In this document: positions 1 through 15,129 of the stretch, piece after piece
Position numbering within the stretch: the first letter of the stretch is position 1
Layout of the letters: each line of letters starts with the position of its first letter
Assembly: GCA_951406725.2 (NCBI GenBank)
Contig: OX597824.1
Span: 9,858,001 to 9,922,000, forward strand
Origin: Octopus vulgaris
Taxonomy: Eukaryota
Length of the DNA stretch: 64,000 nt
Direction of reading: 5' to 3'
Notes under the pieces: generated by a model
The model's input: the letters and a program-made list of their open reading frames with translations, nothing else
Database searches by the model: none
What the model was told of the DNA's origin: nothing
Position numbers and translations under genes: made by a program

Positions 1-63
1 AGACATCCAACTCGACTTTCTTACAATTCCAACAATCCACCTAACCGTATTAGTCTTTTTTTT

Positions 64-356
64 TTACTGACCCTGAAAGGAACAAAGGCAAAGTTGACCT
101 CGGTAAGATTTGAACTTGGAACACCGAGGATCGGACCAAATACCTATTTCTTTACTACCCACAAGGGGATAAACACAAAGGAGACAAACAAGGACAGATA
201 AACGGATTAAGTCGATTACATCGACCCCAGTGCGTAACTGGTACTTATGTAATCGACCCCGAAAGGATGAAAGGCAAAGTCGACCTCGGCGGAATTTGAA
301 CTCAGAACGTAGCGGCAGACCAAATACCGCGAAGCATTCTATCCGACGCTCTAACA
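64..356 (-). mobile_element. SINE family A (tRNA-derived), dimeric copy
   Basis: Reverse complement of the family A body GTTCAAATTCCGCCGAGGTCGACTTTGCCTTTCATCCTTTCGGGGTCGAT, which recurs many times in the window. Confidence 0.85.
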
Positions 357-384
357 CCAGTTCCCCTTTATTTTACCTCTCTCT

Positions 385-797
385 CTTTTTTACTCTTTTA
401 CTAGTTTCAGTCATTTGACTGCGGCCATGCTGGAGCACCGCATTTAATCGAGCAACTCGACCCCGGGACTTATTCCTTTGTAAGCCCAGTACTTATTCTA
501 TCGGTCTCTTTTGCCGAACCGCTAAGTGACGGGGACATAAACACACCAGCATCGGTTGTCAAGCAATGCTAGGGGGACAAACACAGACACACAAAAACAC
601 ACACGCATATATATATATATATATACATATATACGACGGGCTTCTTTCGGTTTCCGTCTACCAAATCCACTCACAAGGCTTTGGTCGGCCCAAGGCTATA
701 GTAGAAGACACCTGCCCAAGGTGCCACGCAGTGGAACTGAACCTGGAACCATGTGGTTGGTAAACAAGCTACTTACCACACAGCCACTCCTGCGCCT
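385..797 (-). mobile_element. SINE family B (tRNA head, CORE-like CCTTGGGCAAGT, internal TA/TG microsatellite, (TAAAAGAG)n tail)
   Basis: Full-length match to the copies at 4763, 6534, 47947 and 54191; A-box-like TGGCTGTGTGG and B-box-like GGTTCAGTCCC. Confidence 0.9.
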
Positions 798-1804
798 ATT
801 TATCTATTTATTTATTTATTTATTTATTGAGAAAATGTGAACTGTCTCTATTAGCGTTGTTGAATATAACTTAAATGTCGAATTCTCCATCGAAAGAGAG
901 TTAGAGGTTGGTATTTACGATAGATACGTAAATGTGACTACGTGTACTGGGGTCTCTCATGAACTATATAACTATATGCGTGTATAGAACGTGAGTGAAG
1001 TGTGTTCGTTAGTGTCACCAGCAATGGTATGTACACGTTAGCGATAACTAATAAGAGAATGCTTTGCATACGAAGCAAAAAAAAAACTAATCGAAGGAAG
1101 TTCGTTGTAGGTATGTCAGTATGTGTTCTATGGAAAGCACCAATATTGCAGGTATAATTTAATGGCAATGAAACACTTTAATATAAAATTCAAGTCTTCA
1201 AAGGAATATTTACATGTACTTAATACATACTTTTTTTTTTATTAAATCGTTTCTTGAAATAACGCTTTCCTTTGAGGGAGGAAAAAAAATAATTTATTCA
1301 ATTAGGTTACAAAAGTAATTCAACATGAATTATAAATTAAAGGAAACGTTTTTGGGGGCGGTGAAGCAGCGAAAGTAAAATTAGATCAGAAAAAAACTCT
1401 CCACAAAAGAATATAAGAAAGCATTTTTTTTTCTAAATCTTTGTAAGTGGTACTTCATAGAATGTGTAGGCATTTTCAAAATTTCTAGCGAGCACGCACG
1501 CGGTATGGTGAATGCAGATACGTCTTTGAATAGTATGGCAAGTTTTAGACCTTGCACAAAAGTAATTTTAATAGTTGATAAATGTACCAGCGGAATACAT
1601 AAAACATTTACTTAAAGGTTCGTTCTTCCTGCACATGATAAAACGGATTTATTTTGTCCACTTCAGGCACTTTTAAACATAAAATAGCATTCAAGACAGC
1701 TGCATTTTACGCTTACGTGAATGCATGTCCACAAACTACCACATGCATGCAAATACTAATTTTTGGAGTACTTGCATTCATACACCTACGTACTTACATA
1801 TAGA

Positions 1805-2457
1805 TGTGTGTCGGTGTGTGTATGTATCTGTCTGTCTGTCAGTCTGTGTGTGTGTATGTATGTATGTATGTATGTATGTATGTATGCATGTATGTATGTA
1901 TGTATGTATGTATGGATGGATGGATGGATGTGTGTATGTATGTGTGCATGCATGTATGTATGTATGTAATGTATGTATGTATGGATGTATGTATGGATGT
2001 ATGTATGCATGTATGTATGTATGTATGTATGCATGTATGTATGTATGTATGTATGTGGATGGATGGATGGATGGATGGATGGATGGATGTATGTATGTAT
2101 GTATGTAAGTATGTATGTATGTATGTATGGATGGATGGATGGATGGATGTATGGATGTATGGATGGATGGATGTATGGATGTATGTATGCATGTATGTAC
2201 GTATGTATGTATGTATGTATGCATGCATGCATGTATGTATGTATGTATCTATGGATGGATGGATGGATGGATGGATGGATGGATGGATGGATGTATGTAT
2301 GTATGCATGCATGCATGTATGTATGTATGTATGTATGTATGTATGTATGTATGCATGCATGTATGTATGTATGGATGGATGGATGGATGGATGTATGGAT
2401 GTATGTATGTATGTATGTAAGTATGTATGCATGCATGCATGTATGTATGTATGTATG

Positions 2458-2489
<32 letters not shown>

Positions 2490-2745
2490 CATGCATGTAT
2501 GTATGTATGGATGGATGGATGTATGGATGTATGGATGTATGTATGTATGTATGTATGTATGCATGCATGTATGTATGTATGGATGTATGTAAGTATGTAT
2601 GCATGCATGTATGTATGTATGTATGTATATATGTATGTACGTATGTATGTATGTATGTATGTATGTATGTATGTATGTATGTATGTATATATGTATGTAA
2701 TCATGTATGTATGTACGTGTGTATGTATGTATGTATGTATGTATG
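1805..2745. repeat. Compound (TATG)n/(GATG)n/(CATG) microsatellite
   Basis: Directly visible; source of the spurious MYVC/HTYI ORFs. Confidence 0.97.
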
Positions 2746-2839
2746 TGGGGGGGTGAATCTCTGCAGACTCCTACAGACACAAATGTAAACAGCTCTACAT
2801 CACAGATAACAATCTACAGTCCTATATACAACAATTACA

Positions 2840-3769
<930 letters not shown>

Positions 3770-3952
3770 ACAGATACACTTTATTCAATAAAAATGGGAA
3801 AAGAAACGGAAATTTTAATGAAATTTCCTTGATGTAATATCCAAGTTGGACAGCTGGTGCAGTAAACAATTTTAGTAATCATTTAAATAGATACAGTAGT
3901 TTATTCATTTTCATTATATCGATCTAAAGAATTGACTCCGCAACCTTCATTA

Positions 3953-3955
3953 TTG

Positions 3956-4029
<74 letters not shown>
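3953..4029. repeat. (TTA)n microsatellite
   Basis: Directly visible. Confidence 0.97.
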
Positions 4030-4229
4030 TGTTTCTGTTTAGTGGGTTTTTTTTGTTTTTCCTGCGCCTAAAACCCATCTCGGTTGGAACTATTTTCAGC
4101 GAAGTTAGATTTCAATTTCCCTAAGTGGCATCCGCAACGAACTAAATCCGTCCAATAAACAAGTTTTGTTGTTTTGGGTGATATACATACACACGCACAG
4201 ACAGAGACAGACACGCATACATTTATATG

Positions 4230-4302
<73 letters not shown>

Positions 4303-4762
4303 AACGAAAATGAACCGAGAAAAATAACTCAGACTAGCCGGGGGCATGAATTTCATGAACAGCTAAGAAAAGGTTTGCTAAATACGACACAAGATCAGTT
4401 CTTGAGTTATCGAAATTATCTCTGCTTTTAGAGAAGTTAAACAAACACCTAGCGGCAATTGCATCCAAATCCGAAGCAGAAACAGAGATTGTCTCAAGGA
4501 ATCAACAATTCTACGGAATGAAAATACCATTAAAAAAAAACAGTTTCAGTTTGTTTGTTTGATTTTGTTTAGGCTTCTGAGGGCAAAGAAAAATAACTGT
4601 TAACAAATGTTTCTACCTCAATAGACGTCGTCAGCACAGTAATTGTCCTGTCTTGGCTACTGCGAAACGTAAAACTTCGGCTTATACAGAACGAGCTGGG
4701 GGCATTTAATTTGCATAATTAAAATGAAAGATGTACTGAGACAAATAACTAAGTGTACATAT

Positions 4763-4928
4763 AGGCGCAGGAGTGGCTGTGTGGAAAGTAGCTTGCTTAC
4801 CAACCACATGGTTCTGGGTTCAATCCCACTGCGTGGCATCTTGGGCAAGTGTCTTCTGCTATAGCCCCGGGCCGACCAATGCCTTGTGAGTGGATTTGGT
4901 AGACGGAAACTGAAAGAAGCCTGTCGTA

Positions 4929-4989
<61 letters not shown>

Positions 4990-5189
4990 TTGTCCCCCTA
5001 GCATTGCTTGACAACCGATGCTGGTGTGTGTTTACGTCCCTGTTACTTGGCGGTTCGGCAAAAAAGACCGATAGAATAAGTACTGGGCTTACAAAGAATA
5101 AGTCCCGGGGTCGATTTGCTCAACTAAAGGCGGTGCTCCAGCATGGCCGCAGTCAAATGACTGAAACAAGTAAAAGAGTAAAGAGAGAG
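4763..5189 (+). mobile_element. SINE family B, full length
   Basis: AGGCGCAGGAGTGGCTGTGTGG head through the GACTGAAACAAGTAAAAGAG tail. Confidence 0.92.
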
Positions 5190-5463
5190 TATAGCATGTT
5201 GTTCGACTCACCTTATGGAGTGAACGTCTAAGATATTCTATGATATTGCGTTGTAGATTAAATCCAAGAGTGGGGCATTGCAATGCGTAGCCTAGTTTAA
5301 TTATTTGAATTCTCTGTTACGTTTCTGATGTTTGCAATTTACTCTACAGTTGTGTAGACGTGACGTGCTGTGTGTATATCGTTTAATCTAAATGTAGATT
5401 TAAATATATACGAATAGATGTCGTCGCCATTTGCCTCAAATCTCTTCAAATCATGAGGTACAA

Positions 5464-5936
5464 GGCGGCGAGCTGGCAGAATCGTTAGCATCGCGGGCGA
5501 AATGCCTAGCGGTATTTCGTCTGCCGTTACATTCTGAGTTCAAATTCCGCCGAGGTCGACTTTGCCTTTCATCCTTTCGGGGTCGATTAATTAAGTACCA
5601 GTTACGCACTGGGGTCGATATAATCGACTTAATCTGTGTGTATGTCCTTGCTTCTCCCCTCTGTGTTTAGCCCCTTGTGGGTAGTAAAGAAATAGGTATT
5701 TCCTCTATCTTTACGTTCTGAGTTCAAATTCCACCGAGGTCGACTTTGACTTTCATTTTTTCGGCGTCGATAAATTAAGTACCAGTTGTGTACTGGGGGT
5801 CGATATAGTCGACTTAATCCGTCTGTCTGTCCTTGTTTGTCCCCTCTGTGTTTAGCCCCTTGTGGGTAGTAAAGAAATACGTATTTCGTCTGCCACAACC
5901 CAAAATTTCGGGCCTGGTGCCTAGAGTAGAAAAGAT
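5464..5936 (+). mobile_element. SINE family A, multimeric
   Basis: GGCGGCGAGCTGGCAGAATCGTTAGCA head with two body units; diverged TSD AATCATGAGGTAC (5449-5461) / AATCGTGAGGCAC (5937-5949). Confidence 0.9.
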
Positions 5937-6319
5937 AATCGTGAGGCACGTGCTCTTCAGGTAATAGAGGAACAAAGAGCTCAGAGAACTGAAGAAACTC
6001 AGGTATCCCATCGGTCTATTCAGGCTACTGTAACATAAGTGTAAGATTCGGTAGCAGAGAGAGAAAAAAAGAAAATGGGAGAGACAGCAGATACATAAAT
6101 CCAAAGAAAAGTTCTTATATAGATACATAGACACAGCAAATATTGGCTGTGAATTTCACTTTTCATTACCACGCGAGGATAAAATTAACTCACAAATGGC
6201 TGAGTACTCTACAGACATACATAACATTAACGTAGTTCTCAGGGAGATTCAACCTCACACAGAATATGACAAGGCTGGACCCTTTGAATTACAGCTACAA
6301 CTCGAGACATATATATGAA

Positions 6320-6356
<37 letters not shown>

Positions 6357-6533
6357 TTTTAGTTAGTTAAAACATGTTTGCAATAATAAGTGTCGCGCGG
6401 TGGAAGTAAATGCAATTACCCAAACTTTCATCCATAAATCCATTTATTGTTTCGTTCTTTTGCATTTCAATTTGTACATTAAGGTTCTTTGAATATGTAC
6501 GATGTATTTTAAGATTAAATAGTAATTCCGTTT

Positions 6534-6951
6534 ACGCAGGAGTGGCTGTGTGGTAAGTAGCTTGCTAACCAACCACATGGTTCCGGGTTCAGTCCCACTG
6601 CGTGGCATCTTGGGCAAGTGTCTTCTGCTATAACCCCGGGCCGACCAATGCCTTGTGAGTGAAATTGGTAGACGGAAACTGAAAGAAGCCCGTCGTATAT
6701 ATGTATATATATATATATGTTTGCGTGTATGTTTGTGTGTCTGTGTTTGTCCCCCTAGCATTGCTTGACAACCGATGCTGGTGTGTTTACGTCCCCGTCA
6801 CTTAGCGGTTCGGCAAAAGAGACCGATAGAATAAGTACTGGGCTTACAAAGGAATAAGTCCCGGGGTCGATTTGCTCGACTAAAGTCGGTGCTCCAGCAT
6901 GGCCGCAGTCAAATGACTGAAACAAGTAAAAGAGTAAAAGAGTAAAGAGAG
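6534..6951 (+). mobile_element. SINE family B, full length
   Basis: Near-identical to 4763-5189. Confidence 0.92.
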
Positions 6952-7039
6952 AGTTTGTGTAACTGAGATATTTTGGTTGGATTGCTACTTTCTATATTCT
7001 GTAACTGTCACATTATACTTTTCTACGCCTGATTTTTTT

Positions 7040-7145
7040 GTGGTGAGGGGGCCAGTTGATTAGATCGACCTGATATTTAACTTATAGACCCCGAAAGGAC
7101 AAAAGGCAAAGTCGATCTCGGCAGAATTTGAACTCAGAACGTAAA
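7040..7145 (-). mobile_element. SINE family A fragment
   Basis: GACCCCGAAAGGAC...GGCAAAGTCGATCTCGGCAGAATTTGAACTCAGAACG. Confidence 0.8.
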
Positions 7146-7270
7146 GAAAGACAGTCGTAATATAAACACTTCTCATGGTACCAGTACACTGTTTACAGAT
7201 GTTTAAATTTTTTATGTTTTCCGTGAATTTTTCACGGGTCCAGCTAATATTATATTATTATATTATATTA

Positions 7271-7857
7271 AGGCGGCGAGCTGGCTGAACCGTTAGCACG
7301 GCGGGCAAAATGCTTCGCGGTATTTAGTCTGTCGTTACGTTCTGAGTTCAAATTCCGCCGAGGTCGACTTTGCCTTTCATCCTTTCGGGGTCGATTAAAT
7401 AAGTACCAGTTACGCACTGGGGTCGATGTAATCGACTTAATCCGTTTGTCTGTCCTTGTTTGTCCTCTCTGTGTTTAGCCCCTTGTGGGTAGTAAAGAAA
7501 TAGGTATCTTGTCTGCCGCTACGTTCTGAGTTCAAATTCCGCCGAGGTTGACTTTGCCTTTCATCCTTTCGGATTGAATAATTAAATAAGTACCAGTTAC
7601 ACACTGGGGTCGATATAATCGACTTAATCCGTTTGTCTGTCCTTGTTTGTCCTCTCTATGTTTAGCCCCTTGTGGGTAGTAAAGAAATAGGTATTTTATC
7701 TGCCGTTAGGTTTTTTTGTTCGAATTCCACCAAGGTCGACTTTGCCTTTCATTCTTTAGGGGTCGGCAAAATTAGTACCAGCTACGTACTGGGGTCGAGG
7801 TAATCGACTTAATTCCTTCCCCAAAAGTTTCAGGATTTGTGCTTCCAGCAGAAAGTA
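7271..7857 (+). mobile_element. SINE family A, trimeric
   Basis: One tRNA-like head followed by three ~180-bp body units. Confidence 0.9.
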
Positions 7858-7964
7858 TTTATAAAAGTTGAAAAAAGTGTGACACTCTGACATTTATTAT
7901 ATTAGATATGTCTAATGTTTTGGGAAACTTTATTTCAATTCAAGTGTATTTGTGTGTGTGTGTA

Positions 7965-8023
<59 letters not shown>

Positions 8024-8496
8024 GTGCGTGCGTGCATGTGTGTGTGTCCATATATATATGAATTAAAGAAAGCAAAAAAATGAAACAAAAATGATAATGT
8101 TCAGTATGTTGGTGACAGGAATTTCTGTCAAAGGGACATGGTCAAACAAAGTCGTACATCATCTCCCTCTTTCTCTCACATACCCACTCTTTCTCTTTCT
8201 TTTATTGTTACTCCCACAGCCACCATCAACACTTCTACTGTTAATAAAACATCAACTCTCCCTAAATTTCTTTGTCTCTCTTTTTCTTTCTCTTTCTCTT
8301 TCGCTCTCTTTCTCTCTTCGCCACCGCCCTCACCGTCTCTATGCCTACTATTACTCTCACCCTATCATGAGTAATAGTGAGAGAGAGGTTCTAAGTGTGA
8401 CACATTGACACACAGAAATTAGTTTTCGCATTTGTTATATTATATATATATATATATATATGCATACACACACATACACATGTATATATGTGTGTG

Positions 8497-8532
<36 letters not shown>

Positions 8533-8779
8533 GACATATATATATATATTTATATATATATATGCATACACATGCATTTATACATAGATATGTATACATA
8601 CACTCTATATCATTTATGTATACACGTGTGTGTGTGCGCGTGCGTGTGCGTTCAGCAGATATTCCGAATGCTTATTATATTTTTTAAATATTGAGAGAGT
8701 GTGCTTGGCCATATGTGCGTGTGTGTATATATATATATATATATGTGTGTGTGTATGTATATGTATATATATGTGTGTG

Positions 8780-8810
<31 letters not shown>

Positions 8811-8838
8811 TGAGAGAAAGAGAAGAAGATTTATGTAT

Positions 8839-8879
<41 letters not shown>

Positions 8880-8896
8880 ATATACTTACATATATG

Positions 8897-8945
<49 letters not shown>

Positions 8946-9243
8946 TCAGATGTGCCGAACGCTTGTCAGAATTTTTTTTTTCTATTACAAAATATCAAAA
9001 GACCGGTTCTCACTATCAATCGCTTCAAGTGAAGGATTACTACATCTGATGCAGCTGTGTAATTTTACATTTGCAGAACATGAGACCAATTCCACGAGAA
9101 TAAAGTACTTAATTGACACTTATCCGAAATCTTCCGCTGATTAAGTCAAGTTATTAACTTATCGACCGCCACATCGAGAGTTCACTGCGTCGATTGAAAG
9201 GCATTAATCAACTAGATATCTTCCGATATGGCAACGAACGAAT

Positions 9244-9420
9244 AGGCGAGAGGCGTGGCTGTGAGGCTAAGGACTTCGCCTCCCAACCTCCTGGTTTTGG
9301 GTTCAATCTCATTGCTTGGCATCTTGAGCAAGTGCTTTCTATTATGCTCCCGAGCAGGCCGAAATCTTATACGTGGATTTGTGAGACGGAAACGAAAAGA
9401 CGCCAGTCGTACGTGTGTGT
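9244..9420 (+). mobile_element. Diverged SINE family B 5' half
   Basis: Degenerate match to the family B head and CORE-like region. Confidence 0.75.
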
Positions 9421-9620
9421 ATACGTGTATGTATATATATATATATAGAGAGAGAGAGACCAAAAAGGGTACGGACGCCGCTATATATATGTATATGTAA
9501 AAAAATACAAACTGGGACAGGAACGTAAAACATTTAGAAGACGATACAAAAAACACGGACGGGACATTCGAAGCCTTCAATCTTCAGTCAAGAACCGGAT
9601 CATCTTCGCAATTTCGGCTG

Positions 9621-9671
<51 letters not shown>

Positions 9672-9939
9672 AGATCCAAGGATCGAGGTGTAGGAAGAAC
9701 GTTAGCCTCAAGCAATCCGTAATAGATATAAAAAAACAACTTTCAGACACAATAGTGGTTTATTGAAACGGAAGGTTGCGAATGTTTTCGTATCGAAGTA
9801 CGATAAACTAAAGAAAGTTCTTTTTACATTTCACGGTAGGCGACCAGGGTCGACGGGTCTGCGAATAAGAATACAAGAATAGAAGAATAGCCCGGATTTT
9901 ATCTACTCCATTCCTTAGTTCTGGTATGTAAGTGTGTGT

Positions 9940-10117
9940 GGCACGTAAAAAGCACTCACTACACTCACGGAGTGGTTGGCGTTAGGAAGGGCATCCAGCT
10001 GTAGAAACACTGCCAGATCAGACTGGGCCTGGCGCAGCCTTCTGGCTTCCCAGACCCCAGTTGAACCGTCCAACCCATGCTAGCATGGAAAACGGACGTT
10101 AAACAATGATGATGATG
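9940..10117 (+). mobile_element. 3' part of SINE family D with (GAT)n tail
   Basis: GGTTGGCGTTAGGAAGGGCATCCAGC...AACCCATGCTAGCATGGAAAACGGACGTTAAAC(AAT)(GAT)n; a degenerate relative lies at about 54614-54760. Confidence 0.7.
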
Positions 10118-10611
10118 AAGATGTATGAATGCATGTATGTATGTATGTATTACATAACGTACTTGGCATATTTATAGACGAGGGCATTGCGGGAGAAACG
10201 TTTTCGATCAGAGCTTTAGTCACTCAGCTCTGACCAAAGAACTAAACAACAAGCTAAAGTCAATAATTCAGTCCAGCGTTCTATTCTTCATTCCTCTGAC
10301 TACTGGCTAAGTAAATGTGAGTCGAGATGAAATTACTTATAAACACTTAATCAACAAAAGTCATGGGTAAAACTCATGAGCTAATCACTTCTATAAATAT
10401 TAATTACCAATTAATCTCATTTTGTGTTATCATTCAATGTTTTTAGGAAAGTGGTTTTACACAATAGGTTAATTGTAACTGGGCCAGCATGCGATATCAA
10501 GGACAATAATTCTACTGACGAAGGCTGTGAAAAGTTCCAGAAACGTTTGAAGTTGTCTCCCTTTTTGCTCTGCCCGAGAACGTTAACTATCTCTTAATAT
10601 ATCTTAATATA

Positions 10612-10832
10612 TATTTCTTTACTGCCCACAAGGGGCTAAACACAGAAAGGACAAACATACGGATTAAGTCGATTACATCGACCCCAGTGCGTAACTGGTA
10701 CTTAATTTATCGACCCCGAAAGGATGAAAGGCAAAGTCGACCTCGGCGGAATTTGAACTCAGAACGTAACGACAGACGAAATACGGCTACGCATTTCGCC
10801 CGGCGTGCTAACGGTTCTGCCAGCTCGCCGCC
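10612..10832 (-). mobile_element. SINE family A monomer with long TSD
   Basis: Complete head and body; TTAATATATCTTAATATATAT occurs on both flanks. Confidence 0.92.
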
Positions 10833-11653
10833 TTAATATATCTTAATATATATTTTAATATATTGATACTAATCACCCTATTGTGATTATTTCTGCTATC
10901 AAAAACACTGAAAATAATCTTCTATAAATCATACGTCAGCTGGAGACGTAGCAGCAATAAGCTCGACTGAAACTATTTTCTTTATTCTGAAATCTGCCAA
11001 AAAACGAAAAAGAATATTTTATTTTATTCCATATTCCCAAAGTGAAAAGATTTGTTTTCTATTAGTATAAATTATAAGATGAGACTTCTGAATCATAGGA
11101 TCTCTCATTCCACGTATTTTAAGTTGAATAACAGAAAGAAAAATATGGTGGTAATTTGGATATTTAGGCTATGCTGACGTGTCTGCTGCCTGAAACTAAA
11201 TATAATATTGAATTAACAAAAGACATTTGAGCTAAACGATATTCCTCTTCAGCATCTGAAGAAATTTAATCATCAAGAAGAAACATGGCTCCCAGAATTC
11301 ATCAATTACCGACTTTAAGTGTTCAGCCATTATCATGATGGAATATATATAAAAAAGAAAGTTGTAACAAATTAATTCTTTAAAAATTTCCTTTCTAAAG
11401 AAATTCTAATTTTTGTTTTTTTATTAAAAATCATATAAAAAAATACATAATATTTTAATTCGAGAATTTAACTCCTTATCGCACAATACTATTTTTAAAT
11501 ATATTTTTTTATTTGCTGTGCAAGCTTTTTCCTTCATTTTTTTTTTTTTTCATTTTTATTTAAAACAGCCAAATTTTCTTTTAAATTTGCAAAACTTACT
11601 TTCACAGACTAAGTGTCTAGAAAGTATTTTCTAACTGCAATTAATTAAAGAGT

Positions 11654-12077
<424 letters not shown>

Positions 12078-12384
12078 TGTATACTGTTTTGGTTGTTGCT
12101 GCTGTTGTTATTGTTTGCTTATTATTGTTGTTGTATTTGGAATCTTCTTGTTAATGGGTTGGTCGTTAGTTTCGATTGTAACTTCTCTTCCAGATAAAAG
12201 GAAATAGTTATAGAATGATAATTCCATTTATTCTGTTTCACAAGTTCATGTAATATAGTTGCACAAAATCACATTTTTTTTTTTGTTAAACTATGAAAAA
12301 ATTCTTAAGTTAGTTTTGAACATACAAATCTTTGATTGTCTTCAGGTGCCAAACATATGCTACGATAAGATTACTCGCAAAATA

Positions 12385-12525
12385 TAAGGTTGTCCCAAAA
12401 GTTCGTAGAAAGTCTTGGAAAATAATGGTCTTTATTTTGAGGAATAATTTTTGTTGTTTTTGTTAGTACTTGGCGAGTAAAAATTCAATTTTCGCAAGTG
12501 TTTACGAACTTTTGGGACAACCTAA
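12385..12525. mobile_element. Tc1/mariner-type MITE
   Basis: TIRs AGGTTGTCCCAAAAGTTCGTA / TACGAACTTTTGGGACAACCT, with TA on both flanks. Confidence 0.85.
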
Positions 12526-12797
12526 TAATTATTTCAAAATTCCAATTGTAGTCCGTCGACATGAATTAACAATATTTAAATTTGGATCTTTATTATTTCA
12601 AATTTCATTGGAATCCGGCATGCTCTCATTCTTCAGAGTCTGATAAAATAAGTATGAGTAGCAACCGAGAAGCAGTAAAGTTCTCTTAATGTCACACTCC
12701 CATCATCTTTTCACTTTATCCCATGCAGCAATTAACTCTGGTTTTCATTTAAAAGAAATTATTTTTAAAGCATCTCATCTCATCTTTAAGACATTTT

Positions 12798-13590
12798 TAT
12801 TTCTTTATTGCCCACAGGGGGCTAAACACAGATAGGACAAACAAGGACAGACAAACGTATTAAGTCGATTACATCGATCTCAGTGCGTAACTGGTACTTA
12901 TTTAATCGACTCCGAAAAGGATGAAAGGCAAAGTCGACCTCGGCGGAATTTGAACTCAGAACGTAACGTCAGACGAAATACCTATTTCTTTACTACCCAC
13001 AAGGGGCTAAACACAGAGGGGACAAACAAGGACAGACAAACGGATTAAGTCGATTACATCGACCCCAGTACTTAATTTATCGACCCCGAAAGGATGAAAG
13101 GCAAAGTCGACCTCGGCGGAATTTGAACTCAGAACGTAATGGCAGACGAAATACGGCTACGCATTTCGCCCGGCGTGCTAACGCTTCTGCCAGCTCGCCA
13201 CCTTTCTACCTATTTCTTTACTACCCACAAAGGGCTAAACACAGAGGGGACAAACAAGGACAGACAAACGGATTAAGTCGATTACATCGACCCCAGTGCG
13301 TAACTGGTACTTAATTTATCGACCCCGAAATGATGAAAGGCAAAGTCGACCTCGGCGGAATTTGAACTCAAGTGTGAGAACAAATAATTCTTTCTATTAT
13401 AGGCAGAAGGCCTGAAATTTGGGGGAGGGGGACAGTCGATTCGATCGACCTCAGTACGCAACTGGTACTTAATTCATCGACCCCGAAAGGATGAAAGGCA
13501 AAGTCGACCTCGGCGGAATTTGAACTCATGTGTCAGAACAAATAATACAAAGCTTTCTAACACTCAACGATTACGCCAACTCACCGCCCA
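12798..13590 (-). mobile_element. SINE family A multimer/nested cluster (four body units)
   Basis: Repeated GAAAGGATGAAAGGCAAAGTCGACCTCGGCGGAATTTGAACTCA; heads near 13200 and 13590. Confidence 0.88.
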
Positions 13591-14117
13591 TGCTGCAGCA
13601 GTAACGGCCGAATATGTACGAGACCTGAAAATAATAGCAAATAACGATGCATTACTTCATGCATACGAGAAGGAAATGAGAAAACGATAGTTTTCTCATA
13701 GTGTTTAAATTCATTGCTGGACTGGAAGCGTGCCAACTCTTCTACACTAAATGTTGATTGCTTCTAATGCAGGCCTACACCAAGCTGATTGCTTCTATGC
13801 AGTAGCTGGAACTACGGGGAAGATAGAAAACTTTAATCATCTGCTCACTGACGCGAAGAATTAGAAGAGACGCAGTAATTTATATCTGGAAGATCTTGTA
13901 AGAGTTGGCACCAAATACTGGCATCAAAAGTTGTAGAGTTCACAAACCCTGGCACCACTGCATGCTACTGAGGATTCTACACTCATTCAGTTTTTCTTTC
14001 TCTCTTTCCTTTTCTCTCTTTCCTTTTCTCTCTTTCCCTCTCTCTGATTCTCTAGTTCTTTATCTAATTATCTGTTTTTCCCATTCTCTCCCTCTGTATC
14101 TCTATCTCTCTATCTCC

Positions 14118-14154
<37 letters not shown>

Positions 14155-14525
14155 TCTCTCTCTTTCTCCGATATAGAGTACACACTCCAATAGTATGGGT
14201 CTCATATTTCTATATTTTTTTCAGTATTTTCCGGTTAATCAATAGGAGATAGGGCACATGACAATACATTCCAGAAGGGAAAAATGGACATTCTACTCAA
14301 CAAGATCCCGAATGAAACGATATAACCTCGAGAGATGAATAAAAAAAATAAGCGTCTCAAAACACTTCATTTATCAAACAAGAAATACAAGACAAAAACC
14401 ACGGTAGCAATGATAGTGGTTCATTTGTGCGGCCGTAGTCATCTATATATACATGCGTATGCGTGTGCGTGTGTATGTGTGTGTAGATAGGCAGACAGAC
14501 AGAATTGTGAATGTAACGTGATAGA

Positions 14526-14985
14526 GTTAGCACGCCGGGCGAAATGCTTTGCGGTATGTCGTCTGCCGTTACGTTCTGAGTTCAAATTCCGCCAAGGTCG
14601 ACTTTGCCTTTCATCCTTTCGGGGTCGATAAATTAAGGACCAGTTACGCACTGGGGTCAATATATATTTCTTTACTACCCACAAGGGGCTAAACACAGAG
14701 GGGACAAACAAGGACAGTCAAACGGATTAAGTAGATTACATCGACCCCAGTGCGTAACTGGTACTTTATTTATCGACCCCGAAAGGATGAAAGGCAAAGT
14801 CGACCTCGGCGGAATTTGAACTCAAAACGTAACGGCAGACGAAATACGGCTACGCATTTCGCCCGGCGTGCTAACGTTTCTGCCAGCTCGCCGCCTTCAC
14901 TGGGATAAATATAATCGACTTAATCCGTTTGTCTGTCCTTGTTTGTCCGCTCTGTGTTTAGCCCCTTGTGGGTAGTAAAGAAATA
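14526..14985 (+). mobile_element. SINE family A interrupted by an antisense SINE A (14664-14895)
   Basis: Outer TSD GAATGT(A/G)ACGTGATAGA; the inner copy is flanked by CACTGGG..AATAT. Confidence 0.88.
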
Positions 14986-15129
14986 GAATGTGACGTGATA
15001 GAAGCCATTCCTTGATGTCTGTAAATCAGTCGATTACGTAATCCCATCATCAGATTATTTACTAAGATATAGGAGATCCCGTGAAATTCCTGAATTTTCG
15101 TTTCACTTCTTGCAAACCTTCGGCCGACC

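Noticed and set aside
556-840. Recurrent peptides RRASFSFRLPNPLTRLW and RSEFKFRRGRLCLSSFRGR, which look like a gene family
   Set aside because: They are translations of SINE B and SINE A copies, with variable frames and stops.
5415-6038. Open frame across the SINE A insertion (…ALQVIEEQRAQRTEETQV…)
   Set aside because: It is short, has no recognisable homology and has no convincing start or splice sites.
7271-7857. CRISPR-like regularly spaced repeats
   Set aside because: Units are about 180 bp with no unique spacers; this is a SINE multimer in eukaryotic DNA.
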